Assembly (NCBI GenBank): GCA_004524535.1
Contig: SDNY01000015.1
Location: 1 to 44,573 of the forward strand
Length of the DNA stretch: 44,573 nucleotides
Reading direction: 5' to 3'
Source of the DNA: Promethearchaeota archaeon
Lineage (GTDB): Archaea; Asgardarchaeota; Lokiarchaeia; Sigyniarchaeales; SOKP01
In this document: in pieces, positions 10,142 to 18,991 of the stretch
Numbering within the stretch: the stretch's first letter is position 1
How the letters are laid out: every line of letters begins with the position of its first letter
Notes under the pieces: model-generated
Database searches by the model: none
What the model saw: only the letters and a program-made list of their open reading frames with translations
What the model was told of the DNA's origin: nothing
Made by a program: the position numbers and the translations under genes

Positions 10142-10804
10142 TTAATCATTTGATAATTTATTTTTTATTTCCTCTTCAGATAATTTTCCAATTCTTAAAA
10201 ATTTTAATGTTTCAGTTGTACAATCCACGATAGTAGTAGGAACCTTAGATTCAGACTTACCTCCATCAATTATGAAGTCAATAGACATTAAAAACTTTTT
10301 AGCTATTTCTTCACCACTTATAGAAGGGGGCTCTCCTGAGTAATTTGCGGAAGTTCCAATAATTCCTCCAAAGTGACCTTTAGATTTTAAAATTTGTAAA
10401 ATTTTTAAGAGAATTTCATTCTCTGGTACACGTAATCCTATTGTATTTCGATTTGCAGATACTTCTAATGGTATAATATTTGGCTCTTTTCTGTTTAAAA
10501 TCAATGTTAATTGCCCTGGCCAAAATTTTTCAGCTAGTTTTTTAGCAGTTTCATTGAATTCCACGATTTTATGTGCTTCTTCAATATCAGAAACCAATAA
10601 TAAAAATCCTTTATCCCGATCCCGAAATTTTATATTATATAACCTTTCAATTAACTCTAAATTTAAAGGATCTCCACCAAGACCATAAACACTATTTGTT
10701 GGGAATCCTACAAGACCTCCAGATATAATACTATCAGCAGCTTCTTCAAGAAATATCTGAATATCCTCTAATCTCTTACCTGAAAGCTTTACTAAAAATC
10801 CCAT
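10142..10804 (-). CDS. tsaC: L-threonylcarbamoyladenylate synthase (YrdC/TsaC domain only)
   Basis: FPTNSVYGLG, KxR, FWPGQLT, GLRVP, TSANYSG, PTTIVD. Confidence 0.92.
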   Translation of the reverse strand: MGFLVKLSGKRLEDIQIFLEEAADSIISGGLVGFPTNSVYGLGGDPLNLELIERLYNIKFRDRDKGFLLLVSDIEEAHKIVEFNETAKKLAEKFWPGQLTLILNRKEPNIIPLEVSANRNTIGLRVPENEILLKILQILKSKGHFGGIIGTSANYSGEPPSISGEEIAKKFLMSIDFIIDGGKSESKVPTTIVDCTTETLKFLRIGKLSEEEIKNKLSND

Positions 10805-10845
10805 ATAATTAAATTAAGGTAAATTAAAAATAAAAAAATTTTAAA

Positions 10846-11784
10846 TTATTTAGATTGACATTCTAATTGATCTACAATTTTTTCCCAATCACGGTCTATG
10901 CGCTCTTGAATTTCTATTAAAGTTTTTTCGGAAATTCCTGCGAATCGCTTTTGTTTTGAAACATATTCAATGATAGGGAGTCTTTTTGAAGGATCAACTA
11001 ATGATTTACTTTTATTTGAGAGTGTCAAAACTCCATTTTCAATCTCATATAAAATCCAAAATCCCGTCTTTACTGCTAATCTAGCCATTTCAATGCTATC
11101 CTCTGCTAAATATCCCCATCCAGGTGGACATGGAGCAAAGATTTGTATATATTTACATCCTTCAATCGATTTTGCCTTTTTGAACTTTTCATATATATCT
11201 AAAGGCTCACTTATAGAGCAAGTTGCCACATAGGGAATTTCATGGGCTGCCATTATAGCGGGTACATTCTTCTTAAATCTTTCTTTACCAAAGGGAGTTG
11301 TAGTTGTTAATGCACCATGGGGCGTTGAAGATGACCTTTGAATTCCCGTATTCATATAAGCTTCATTATCATAACACACATATATGATATTTGAATTTCT
11401 TTCGGCAGCTCCACTTAATCCTTGAATCCCAATATCTGTAGTGCCTCCATCTCCTGCAAAACAAATAGAAACCATTTCATTCCATCCCTGTCCTGGAAAC
11501 TTATAATCTTTTGCTTTAAAAGCAGCAGCAACTCCTGTAGCTGCTGCAGCTCCTGCTGCAAATGCCATATTAAACTGAGAAAATTTAGGTGCTGTTTTTG
11601 GCCATAACCCTATTACTACGTTTAAGCAACTTGCGGGGGTTATCATAGCAGTTTTTGGTCCTAAAGCTTTCATCGCCCATCGAAGTGCAATTTCAAGTCC
11701 ACATCCTGCGCAACAAGAATTGCCGGGTAAAAACCATTCTTGACGAGCTATCTCATCATCAATTACATTTTTCAAAGCTACCAT
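10846..11784 (-). CDS. porB: 2-oxoacid:ferredoxin oxidoreductase beta subunit (POR/VOR type)
   Basis: CAGCG, GDGG...YDNEAYMNTG TPP motif, PCPPGW; start set at ATG 11784 behind GGAGGTGA. Confidence 0.93.
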   Translation of the reverse strand: MVALKNVIDDEIARQEWFLPGNSCCAGCGLEIALRWAMKALGPKTAMITPASCLNVVIGLWPKTAPKFSQFNMAFAAGAAAATGVAAAFKAKDYKFPGQGWNEMVSICFAGDGGTTDIGIQGLSGAAERNSNIIYVCYDNEAYMNTGIQRSSSTPHGALTTTTPFGKERFKKNVPAIMAAHEIPYVATCSISEPLDIYEKFKKAKSIEGCKYIQIFAPCPPGWGYLAEDSIEMARLAVKTGFWILYEIENGVLTLSNKSKSLVDPSKRLPIIEYVSKQKRFAGISEKTLIEIQERIDRDWEKIVDQLECQSK

Positions 11785-11786
11785 TT

Positions 11787-13046
11787 TTACTTCACCTCCA
11801 ATAAACCATCCCAATATGTTCCATGAATCATATCCTTTGGGAGCTCTCCAGTCTCGTTATATTTAACCAAAAGCTTTAATTGATTCTTTTGCTGTTCAAG
11901 GGATACTTCTCTTCCTCCAATTCCATTCATCATGGGGAACACTTTTGCAGTTCCTTCAATATCATGTAATGCAGTTTTAACTTCACAAGAAACTGGACCT
12001 CCTGTCTGAGAACCAAATGCTATACCTCGATCAACCACTCCGAGGACTTTTACCTTTTTACCGAGCTTTATAATCTCTTCTGTGGGAAAGGGTCTAAAAT
12101 GCCTCAATTTAACCATTCCAACTTTATATCCTTCTTCTCTAACTTGATCTACAGCTTCTTCCATTTGTAGGGCTAAATCTCCATAGGTCAGCATTGCTAC
12201 TTCAGCATTATCCATATTATATTCTTGAATTAACCCATTTCCATAGCTTCTCCCGAAAACTTTTTCAAATTCCTTTGTAGCGTTTTTAATTTTCTCTTTA
12301 GCTTCCAATAGAGCAATATGCAATTTCATCCGAAATTCAGAATAAAAACCGGAAGGCATTATGAGATTTCCATGCATAATAGGTCTTTCAGGATCTACCC
12401 AAATGTGGGGCCAACCTTTCTCATCCGGAAGATCAGGTAAAAAACTATCGACCTTATCTTGATCTTCAATTATAACTGGTTTAGATGTATGAGATAATAT
12501 GAAACCTCCATAAGCAACAAATTTGGGTAAGAGAACATCATAATCTTCACATACTTTATAGGACATCAGGATCTCATCATATATTTCTTGATGAGTGGCA
12601 CAGAAAGAACTCATCCATCCAGTATCTCGACAACTAATAACATCTGAAAAATCTGCCCAGATATTCCAAGGTGGTGCTGTTCCTCTCGAAACAATTGCTG
12701 TTACGATTGGCAACCTAACTCCTGCTGCCCAATGAATCATTTCATACATATAAAAAAGTCCTTGACCACATGTAGCTGTGAAAGTCCGAGTTCCTGCCAT
12801 ACTAGCGCCAATTGTAGCTGCCATTACAGAATGCTCACTTTCCATTTTAATATATTGTGTTCCTGGCATGTATCCTCCATCAACAAATTCAGATAGTTTT
12901 TCTACTACTGTTGTTTGAGGTGTAATCGGGTAAGCAGAAATAACTTGGACTCTTGCAGATTTTGCAGCATTTGCAGCCGCAACATTTCCTTTAATAATCT
13001 GTGTTTCCTTATTCTGTACAAAATCAGTTAATTCAACTTTAGTCAT
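11787..13046 (-). CDS. porA: 2-oxoacid:ferredoxin oxidoreductase alpha subunit
   Basis: AYPITPQT, MESEHS, FRPFP, GIGGR. Confidence 0.95.
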   Translation of the reverse strand: MTKVELTDFVQNKETQIIKGNVAAANAAKSARVQVISAYPITPQTTVVEKLSEFVDGGYMPGTQYIKMESEHSVMAATIGASMAGTRTFTATCGQGLFYMYEMIHWAAGVRLPIVTAIVSRGTAPPWNIWADFSDVISCRDTGWMSSFCATHQEIYDEILMSYKVCEDYDVLLPKFVAYGGFILSHTSKPVIIEDQDKVDSFLPDLPDEKGWPHIWVDPERPIMHGNLIMPSGFYSEFRMKLHIALLEAKEKIKNATKEFEKVFGRSYGNGLIQEYNMDNAEVAMLTYGDLALQMEEAVDQVREEGYKVGMVKLRHFRPFPTEEIIKLGKKVKVLGVVDRGIAFGSQTGGPVSCEVKTALHDIEGTAKVFPMMNGIGGREVSLEQQKNQLKLLVKYNETGELPKDMIHGTYWDGLLEVK

Positions 13047-13390
13047 TTTTTAATATCACTCTCCCTTACCATTTTAATGTTATTTGTAGGACATTCCTTT
13101 GCACATATCCCACAACCTTTACAATATATTAAATCAATTTGAAAAGAACCATCCTCTTGTTTTGAGATTGTTCCTTCAGGACAATACATCCAACAGAATC
13201 CACATTTATTACACCCTTCTTGATCAATTACAGGTCTAAATGTTCTCCAATCACCTGTAGTACCTATTGAACCGTCTATAGGTAGTGATATAGGGATTGG
13301 AGGTAATTCTTCCCAACAAGAATATTCTTGTACCTTTGGGCGTTCTTCTCTTGATTTATTAATATTTTTCCATTTTTTAGTATCCGCCAT
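13043..13390 (-). CDS. porD: 2-oxoacid:ferredoxin oxidoreductase delta subunit
   Basis: TGDWRTFRP; two CxxCxxCxxxCP motifs. Confidence 0.95.
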   Translation of the reverse strand: MADTKKWKNINKSREERPKVQEYSCWEELPPIPISLPIDGSIGTTGDWRTFRPVIDQEGCNKCGFCWMYCPEGTISKQEDGSFQIDLIYCKGCGICAKECPTNNIKMVRESDIKK

Positions 13391-13393
13391 TTT

Positions 13394-13975
13394 TTAACCC
13401 TCCTTAACAGATTCGTAAGCATCACGGGCAACTCTCATATTTTTTTCCAATCTATTTTCCCCAAAATTCTTCTTTAATACTTTTTCCATAACGTCTAAAC
13501 CATAATATCCTGAAACTTTTCCAAATGCTCCTAACATCGGAATATTCAAAATTGGTCCGCTAGAATGCATAAAACTTCTCTTAATGCAGATACCCGTAGC
13601 ATCAACAATAAAGACTTTCACATTATCAGGGAATTTACTTTTATCTAATGGAGCCACACTATCAGCTATAACAATAACTCCCTCTTTTATCGTGGCTAAG
13701 ACTCGTGGAATATCTAAAAGAGAAATATCAAAGATTAACATATAATCTGGATCCTTAACACTATCATAAGTCCTAATTGGTTTGTTTTTAGAAATTTTAG
13801 TAAACGCTAAAATAGGAGCACCCCTTCTTTCCGCTCCTATTATAGGAATTGCTATCGTATCTTTAAATCCTTCTTCATAGGCACACTCTGCTAATAATTG
13901 GCTTCCAGTAACAGATGTCTGTCCACCTCGCCCATGAAAAGTTATTTCCACGATATCCTTTTCAACTTTCTCCAT
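13394..13975 (-). CDS. porG: 2-oxoacid:ferredoxin oxidoreductase gamma subunit
   Basis: HGRGGQ, GAERRGAP, VDATGI, NIPMLGA. Confidence 0.95.
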   Translation of the reverse strand: MEKVEKDIVEITFHGRGGQTSVTGSQLLAECAYEEGFKDTIAIPIIGAERRGAPILAFTKISKNKPIRTYDSVKDPDYMLIFDISLLDIPRVLATIKEGVIVIADSVAPLDKSKFPDNVKVFIVDATGICIKRSFMHSSGPILNIPMLGAFGKVSGYYGLDVMEKVLKKNFGENRLEKNMRVARDAYESVKEG

Positions 13976-14026
13976 GTTTCATCAATTTTTCATTCTTTTT
14001 TGATTTTTGTTTATTTAATCACCATT

Positions 14027-14070
14027 GCAACCAACAAAAACGCAGAGAAGAAGTTTTTATTGTTTGCGTT
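14027..14070 (-). promoter_or_regulatory. Leader hairpin with a mutually exclusive alternative stem (candidate attenuator RNA)
   Basis: Minus strand: GCAAACAAUAAAAAC (14067-14053) pairs with GUUUUUGUUGGUUGC (14041-14027) at 14 of 15 positions; alternative AACGCA/UGCGUU stem overlaps the leader stop codon. Confidence 0.5.
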
Positions 14071-14167
14071 ATAAAATTAAGACTACTAATACTACTAATA
14101 GTAAAATGAATAACGATAATATAGAGTTTGGAATTAATAAATAATTTTTTTTTTTCATATCTCGCAT
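14069..14167 (-). CDS. 32-aa Ile/Leu/Val-rich upstream ORF (candidate leader peptide or micro membrane protein)
   Basis: MRDMKKKNYLLIPNSILSLFILLLVVLVVLIL*; GGGA upstream of the ATG; same strand as and 93 nt ahead of porG; below the ORF-track size cutoff. Confidence 0.5.
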   Translation of the reverse strand: MRDMKKKNYLLIPNSILSLFILLLVVLVVLIL

Positions 14168-14392
14168 AATTTCCCAACTTTATATTATTTCTTTAGAAAA
14201 GTATTAATGCAGTATTATCTATGTTAAAAAGCGGATACTATTAAAAATTTTCGGATAAAGTTATTAATTTAGTACTTTAAAAACTTTATAGATATTAAAT
14301 TAACTTTAAAAAAATAAATTTTTTTGATTATTAAAAAAAAAATAATAACATATTATCCTTTGATTACATAACTAAGACTTTAATTTTTCACA

Positions 14393-14971
14393 ATGCAAGA
14401 AAAGAATAGAAATACAGAGGAAAAACTTACGAATTTTAAATGTCCAGCATGTAAAGACGGCGACATTGTAATTAAGAAGATTATCTACGACCTTCCAGAT
14501 AAGGATAAAATGCTAATTTTAAAATTTAAATGTAATAGATGTGATTTTGAAAATAATGATATTATCCCTTTAACCACTAGAATGGATGCTGGTATTATAA
14601 CTTTAAAAATCACTGAAGAAAACGATCTTAAATCTAAAATATATCGTTCTCCGACAGGAAATTTAGAAATCCCTGAATTGGAGTTAAAAGTAGAACCTGG
14701 GCCGAGTGCTGAATTTTATTATACTAATGTAGAAGGAATATTACTCAGATTTGAGCGAGCTGTTTCAATCTATCTAGATAATCTTGAAGATGCTAATCCA
14801 GAAAAAAGCGAAATAAAAGATACTTTAAAAGATTTACAAAAAGCCATGAAAGGACAACTTGAATTTACTTTAAAAATTGCAGATCCTAGCGGAGGGAGTT
14901 ATATAATCCCCGAAGATAGGTCAAAATATACTTTTAAAAAAATTGAAAATTTTGAAATAAATAAAGAATAA
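14393..14971 (+). CDS. ZPR1-type zinc finger protein
   Basis: CPAC...CNRC, LEIPELELKVEPGP, TNVEGIL, FTLKIADPSGGSYI. Confidence 0.92.
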   Translation: MQEKNRNTEEKLTNFKCPACKDGDIVIKKIIYDLPDKDKMLILKFKCNRCDFENNDIIPLTTRMDAGIITLKITEENDLKSKIYRSPTGNLEIPELELKVEPGPSAEFYYTNVEGILLRFERAVSIYLDNLEDANPEKSEIKDTLKDLQKAMKGQLEFTLKIADPSGGSYIIPEDRSKYTFKKIENFEINKE

Positions 14972-15051
14972 AATAAGACTTTTTCAAAATATTTTTAATC
15001 GAAAATGGTTAATCAATCTATATTGAATAATTGTTAAAAAGTGAAATTTAA

Positions 15052-16228
15052 ATGACAATTAAAAAAGTTGGAATTTTAACGGGCGGCGGAGCCATATTCA
15101 AGATTCTCCTTGATTGCCGTATACTGCCCTGGCTTAAATTCTGTATTATATGGTATCATGCTTAAAGCTTTTGATGCCGGTGTTGAATGCGTTGGAATTC
15201 TTAAAGGATGGAAAGGATTTTTAGAAAATCTGACAATACCACTTAATATTGCTGAACATGATGACCTTCATACCATAGGTGGTACTATTCTCTATACAAG
15301 CAGAACTAATCCTTTTAAAGGCGTTGAATCAAAAGAAGAAAAAGCAAAAGAAATTGCTGCTAAATTTGATGAGTTAGGTATCGATGCTCTAATATGTATA
15401 GGAGGAGATGATACATTAGGAGTGGCAGATTTGATGTATAAGCATGCAAATGCGAAGGTTGTTGGCTGCCCAAAAACGATTGATAATGATCTAGCGGGCA
15501 CCCATTACACTTTTGGATTTTGGAGCGCAGTTCAATTAGCATCGGATGCAATGGATAATTTAACAACCACCGCACGATCACATCAAAGAGTTTTTATTGT
15601 AGAAGTTATGGGACGTGATGCTGGATTTCTTACGATTTATAGTGGAATTTCGAGTGGTGCAGATATCATCTTAATCCCAGAGACCCCATTCAGTTTAGAA
15701 AGAGATGTTATCGAAGTTCTTAAAAAGAGAGTTAAAGCAGGGTATAAATATCACATTATTGCGTGCTCTGAAGGTGCTTATCCGGATAAAGATTCGCTTA
15801 AACGAGACTTTAAGACAATTACCCAAGAGACAATTGATAAATTACCAAAAGATACGTTTGGAAATCCTGTATTGCCTGCCCTAAATATGTCTCAAGTCCT
15901 TGTCGATGAATTGAATCTAAGAGATGATTTAAAAGAGGAATTTCAAGAGAATGGTGTGGATTTTGAAATACGAAGCGTTGTATTAGGACATACAATGAGA
16001 GCAGGACACCCGATTTCATTTGATCGAATTTTAGGATTACGATTTGGTTTAGCAGCTATGAAACTCGTGTTGAAAGAGGATTTCGGTAAAATGGTTTCCC
16101 TCCAAGGGAATCAAATTACTACCTTCCCACTCGATGAAGGTGTTAAAAAGAAATATTTAACTCCTGATAATGATAAAATGGAACTCCGGGATTTATTGGT
16201 AAAAATTCGCTATTTATCAAAGCAATAA
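15052..16228 (+). CDS. pfkA: 6-phosphofructokinase (PfkA family, likely PPi-dependent), split: join(15052..15091,15123..16228), 381 aa
   Basis: ATG 15052 gives MTIKKVGILTGGG; removing 15092-15122 yields ...GGGDCPGLNSVL, continuous with the 15110..16228 frame (GGTILYTSR, IGGDDT, PKTIDND, EVMGR, LGH). GGDD plus PKTIDND is the PPi-type signature. Confidence 0.93.
15092..15122 (+). other. 31-nt bulge-helix-bulge (BHB) intron in pfk mRNA (candidate)
   Basis: 4-bp central helix GCGG(15086-89)/CCGU(15117-20); 3-nt bulges AG^C (15090-92) and AU^A (15121-23); inner stem UCAAG/CUUGA; outer exon-exon stem GGGCG/CUGCCC. Cuts after the 2nd bulge nucleotide restore frame and motif. Confidence 0.85.
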
Positions 16229-16307
16229 TTTGCTTTTTTCTAATCTTATTTATTTTATTTTTTTAAATCTCATTTTCATTCCTCCTTAAATTTCTTATTA
16301 GGAATGA

Positions 16308-16646
16308 TTAATCTGTCCAAGAATGGACTAAATTTTTCATTTTTTTTAATAAATTTCCAAGTTCTATACCTTTTTTAGTTAAAGAATACGATACCTTTAC
16401 AGGACTATCAGTTTCAACAGATCTATTTAATAATTCTAAATTTTCGGCTTCTTTTAATCTGGTGGAGAGACTTTTCGGTCCCAATTTCTGCATGTATTTG
16501 AGGAACTCATTAAATCGGAGCTGTTGAATTTCCATTAAATGCATTATTATATACACACTCCATTTCTTCCCTAAAAAGGTTAAAATCTCACATCCACATC
16601 CAGGGAAGCAGTCATTCATTCCACAATCACAATTAACTTCATTCAT
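16308..16646 (-). CDS. HxlR-family winged-helix regulator with Cys-rich N-terminus
   Basis: LGKKWS, LRFNE, LSTRLKE, PVKVSYSLTKKG. Confidence 0.9.
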   Translation of the reverse strand: MNEVNCDCGMNDCFPGCGCEILTFLGKKWSVYIIMHLMEIQQLRFNEFLKYMQKLGPKSLSTRLKEAENLELLNRSVETDSPVKVSYSLTKKGIELGNLLKKMKNLVHSWTD

Positions 16647-16792
16647 TTAGATCAACTTTCCAATTGTATAGTTACTTCTCTTTTTTGTACTGGTTAATTT
16701 ATATTTTATAGTTGATATATATCTTATAGTTAATATACTTTATTATAAATTAAAATTCTTTTATATCAATCTAAAAAAGAGAAATTGAAGAG

Positions 16793-17557
16793 TTGGTTAT
16801 TATTCTCATCTGGATCATTTTGTTTAGTTTTCTAGGAAGTATTGGAGCAATAATTATAGCTATGTGTTTCATTTCGTTGGGTAAGAATCACCAAGAGAAA
16901 CTTATTCCATGTTTAGTATCGTATGCTACTGGAACGTTGTTAGCCGCAGCCCTATTAGGCATGATTCCTACTGCAATAATAAAATCAGGATATAATTTGA
17001 ATATGGTTTTATCGATTGTCCTCGGGGGTATCTTATTTTTCTTTATTTTAGAGAAATTAGTTATATGGCGCCATTGCCATCAAATAGAATGTGAAGTTAC
17101 GGAATCTGCGGCAGGACCAATTATTATTTTTGGAGACGCTTTTCATAATCTAGTTGATGGCATTGTCATTGCTGCTGCGTTTTTAATTGATTTCACGATT
17201 GGCATTGCCGTAAGTCTTTCTGTAATTGCACATGAACTTCCACAAGAAGTAGGAGATATTGGAATCTTAATTGATAAAAACTATCCAAGAAAAAAAGCAT
17301 TTATATATAATGCTTTATCGGGATCAACAACAATTCCCGCTGCTATTATAGGTTATTTCATATTAGATCAAATTTCTCTCGCAATCCCTTATGTGTTAGC
17401 GATTTCTGCAGCAAGCTTCTTGTATATAGCATTATCTGATTTGACTCCTGAATTACATCGGAAAGTGGGATTTAGGTTTAGCTTTAGGCAAATAATTTTA
17501 ATATTTGCTGGCATCTTGACAATGATATTAATTTTTGCTTTAAAAGAAATGATATAA
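16793..17557 (+). CDS. ZIP family metal (zinc) transporter
   Basis: LEK..WRHCH, GDAFHNLVDG, AHELPQEVGD, YIALSDLTPELH. Confidence 0.93.
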   Translation: MVIILIWIILFSFLGSIGAIIIAMCFISLGKNHQEKLIPCLVSYATGTLLAAALLGMIPTAIIKSGYNLNMVLSIVLGGILFFFILEKLVIWRHCHQIECEVTESAAGPIIIFGDAFHNLVDGIVIAAAFLIDFTIGIAVSLSVIAHELPQEVGDIGILIDKNYPRKKAFIYNALSGSTTIPAAIIGYFILDQISLAIPYVLAISAASFLYIALSDLTPELHRKVGFRFSFRQIILIFAGILTMILIFALKEMI

Positions 17558-17584
17558 TAAACTAGATTATGATTCCCTTAATAC

Positions 17585-17884
17585 TTGAAAATTTTTGTTA
17601 TGAAAAAGATAACTATTTATGATTATAGAAGGGGAAAAGATGAACACCATGCTTTAACCGCAGAAATAAATGAGAAGGGGGATTTAGTATTTAGCGGTTA
17701 TGACTGCGGCGAATATCTTAAAGATTTATATGGAGATTTTGATTATGAATATTGGTTAACTATTAAAGCGGAAGATATCTCCACCATTTTATTAAATTTG
17801 ATTAAAGAACAGTTTAAAACAGATGTTGAGTTTAAGCAATGGTTAGAAAAAAATGACATTCCCTATGATACGATGAGTTTTTGA
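17585..17884 (+). CDS. Hypothetical protein
   Basis: Coding-like 99-aa ORF (YGDFDYEYWLTI); start may be ATG 17600. Confidence 0.65.
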   Translation: MKIFVMKKITIYDYRRGKDEHHALTAEINEKGDLVFSGYDCGEYLKDLYGDFDYEYWLTIKAEDISTILLNLIKEQFKTDVEFKQWLEKNDIPYDTMSF

Positions 17885-17935
17885 ATATTCTCATATTGAC
17901 ATATATACAGTCATTTTTTAAGATTTATATTTCCG

Positions 17936-18979
17936 TCATAATTTTTTACTTGGCTTAGCACTAGGATTAAAGGTTCCCGTGGCAGTCATTATAGTATTTC
18001 TCTTTGCTTTATTCGTTGTACCCACATAAATCAGATGCCATGTTTTGTCAATCCGGATCATGGTCGGTTCAGCTGCTTCTTCATCATCTGGTAGCTCCAA
18101 AGTATTTTCAGGAAAGATTTCACGACTTTCCCGAGTAAGAGTCTTGCCATCACCCGCAAGAAATATTTCAAAGAGTTTCACTATTCTAGCTTTTCCTCCA
18201 GATGCTCGATTACCTCCAGCTGAAATAAGAATATATTCATCATCTCCAATCTTTTCAACCGCATTTGGATTGATCTCATGCCAGATCATTATTAGATTCT
18301 TATCTTTCATGGCAAAACCCTCTCTTGGCGTGAAAATATGGAGCTTGTCCCACTTTTTTGCATCATTTGAACCCCACATAGCAGAGTGATAATTGTCTCC
18401 GCCGCCATGTAGCGAATAACCGATGTATTTATATTCCACCCTATGAAAAGGATTGGGTGCCCAGCGAAAATAACCCGTATGCCCACCATTCCCTCTGGCT
18501 TTAAGGATAACAGAATCATTACGACCTTTTATCCGTTCGAAATTTATTCCATCTGGAGAGGTTGCCAGCAGAGTCGGCTGCAGTCCCAGCCTACTACTGT
18601 GATGATATGTCATATAAACCAGTCCATCGATAATATTTACATGTGGAGTTTCAGTATGATGTTTTCCCTGTATCCTGTCTACGAAAATGGGATTATTCTT
18701 TGGTTTATCAACCAAATAATCGAAATCACCATCCACTCTAGCTTGGTTATATGATTTCCAATTCTCACCTTCTGAAGGTATTCCATTACAGAGATAAAGC
18801 CATATCCCGCCTCGACCTCTGTGATGGTCAGTTGAGAAATAAAGAGCATAGTCAAAGGGAAAATCCTTTAAACCATTCATTGGGACTAAACAAGGGTAAT
18901 AGGGTCCTGAACCTGGCATATTCAGGGGTTTTTCAAATAATACTCCCTTTTTCTTAAACTCAAAAAAGTTTTTAGATAT
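17936..18979 (-). CDS. Putative beta-propeller glycoside hydrolase-like protein (GH32/43/130-like fold)
   Basis: LYFSTDH, ETP, LATSPDGINF, WGSNDAKKW, EPTM..WHLIY blade-like motifs; frame open 20 codons upstream of ATG 18919 to an ATA behind GAGG. Confidence 0.6.
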   Translation of the reverse strand: MSKNFFEFKKKGVLFEKPLNMPGSGPYYPCLVPMNGLKDFPFDYALYFSTDHHRGRGGIWLYLCNGIPSEGENWKSYNQARVDGDFDYLVDKPKNNPIFVDRIQGKHHTETPHVNIIDGLVYMTYHHSSRLGLQPTLLATSPDGINFERIKGRNDSVILKARGNGGHTGYFRWAPNPFHRVEYKYIGYSLHGGGDNYHSAMWGSNDAKKWDKLHIFTPREGFAMKDKNLIMIWHEINPNAVEKIGDDEYILISAGGNRASGGKARIVKLFEIFLAGDGKTLTRESREIFPENTLELPDDEEAAEPTMIRIDKTWHLIYVGTTNKAKRNTIMTATGTFNPSAKPSKKL

Positions 18980-18991
18980 AGTATCGCGCCT

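Noticed and set aside
11785-11814. Longer porB start (MGWFIGGEVK)
   Set aside because: Overlaps porA; GGAGGTGA points to ATG 11784
13915-14109. Plus-strand 64-aa ORF
   Set aside because: Antisense to the porG start and the leader region; no recognisable motif
15091-15118. In-frame GAT TGC (Asp-Cys) inside the insert as an alternative junction, or a simple frameshift
   Set aside because: It continues as DCRILPW to a stop. A ribosomal frameshift alone would leave about 10 extra residues in the active-site loop. Only removal of 15092-15122 restores GGGDCPG
15110-15122. ORF-track TTG start for pfk (MIAVYCPG...)
   Set aside because: It lies inside the candidate intron and would delete the first beta strand and the GGGD loop
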